Origin: the human T2T-CHM13v2.0 reference genome, Homo sapiens
Length of the DNA: 64,000 nt
Direction: 5' to 3' (one strand)
NCBI RefSeq assembly: GCF_009914755.1
Contig: NC_060927.1
In this document: one piece after another, positions 63,798 through 64,000 of the stretch
How positions within the stretch are numbered: position 1 is the first letter of the stretch
Layout of the letters: each line of letters opens with the position of its first letter
Translations under genes and position numbers: made by a program
The notes under the pieces: generated by a model
Databases searched by the model: none
Told to the model about the DNA's origin: nothing
The model's input: only the letters and a program-made list of their open reading frames with translations

Positions 63798-64000
63798 CTG
63801 GAGGGAAGAAGATGAGAACAATCAATTGCCATATTGGCCCACTCATTAAAATAATCAGTTGTTTGAAAATATTTCATTGAAATGTATATTCCTTCTTTGG
63901 ATCCTTAAAAAAAGTCAGATCACAAGCACATTAATAGAGGGGAAATGAGAAGTTACCTTGAAAATGACAACATACTGCTTTTTTAAAAAGGAATAAAGCA

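Overview
Human/primate genomic DNA, AT-rich, with Alu, MIR, L1 and L2 repeats. It holds the 3' ~60 kb of MECOM (MDS1-EVI1/PRDM3) on the minus strand. I traced 15 GT-AG-bounded coding exons from 63797 down to the TGA stop at 4874-4876. They join in frame to 3345 nt (1114 codons plus stop), and the product from the internal MKSEDY ATG at 51442 is 1051 aa, the canonical EVI1 length. They encode the C-terminal part of the PR domain, 7 proximal and 3 distal C2H2 fingers, two CtBP motifs and an acidic region, followed by a ~1.4 kb 3' UTR. Exon numbers (3-17) are my inference from the full-length MECOM model. The gene is well known and I see no evidence for a new gene or a new multi-gene system. The most interesting signals are in splicing and local structure: the 972-nt delta324 segment is itself bounded by GT...AG (possible recursive re-splicing); a cryptic +18 acceptor; two NAGNAG sites; a 27-nt microexon; a nested-palindrome insertion at 43037-43147; and an old ~2 kb-offset duplication in the last intron that may include a decayed exon copy. 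Repeat subfamilies and boundaries were called by eye and are approximate.
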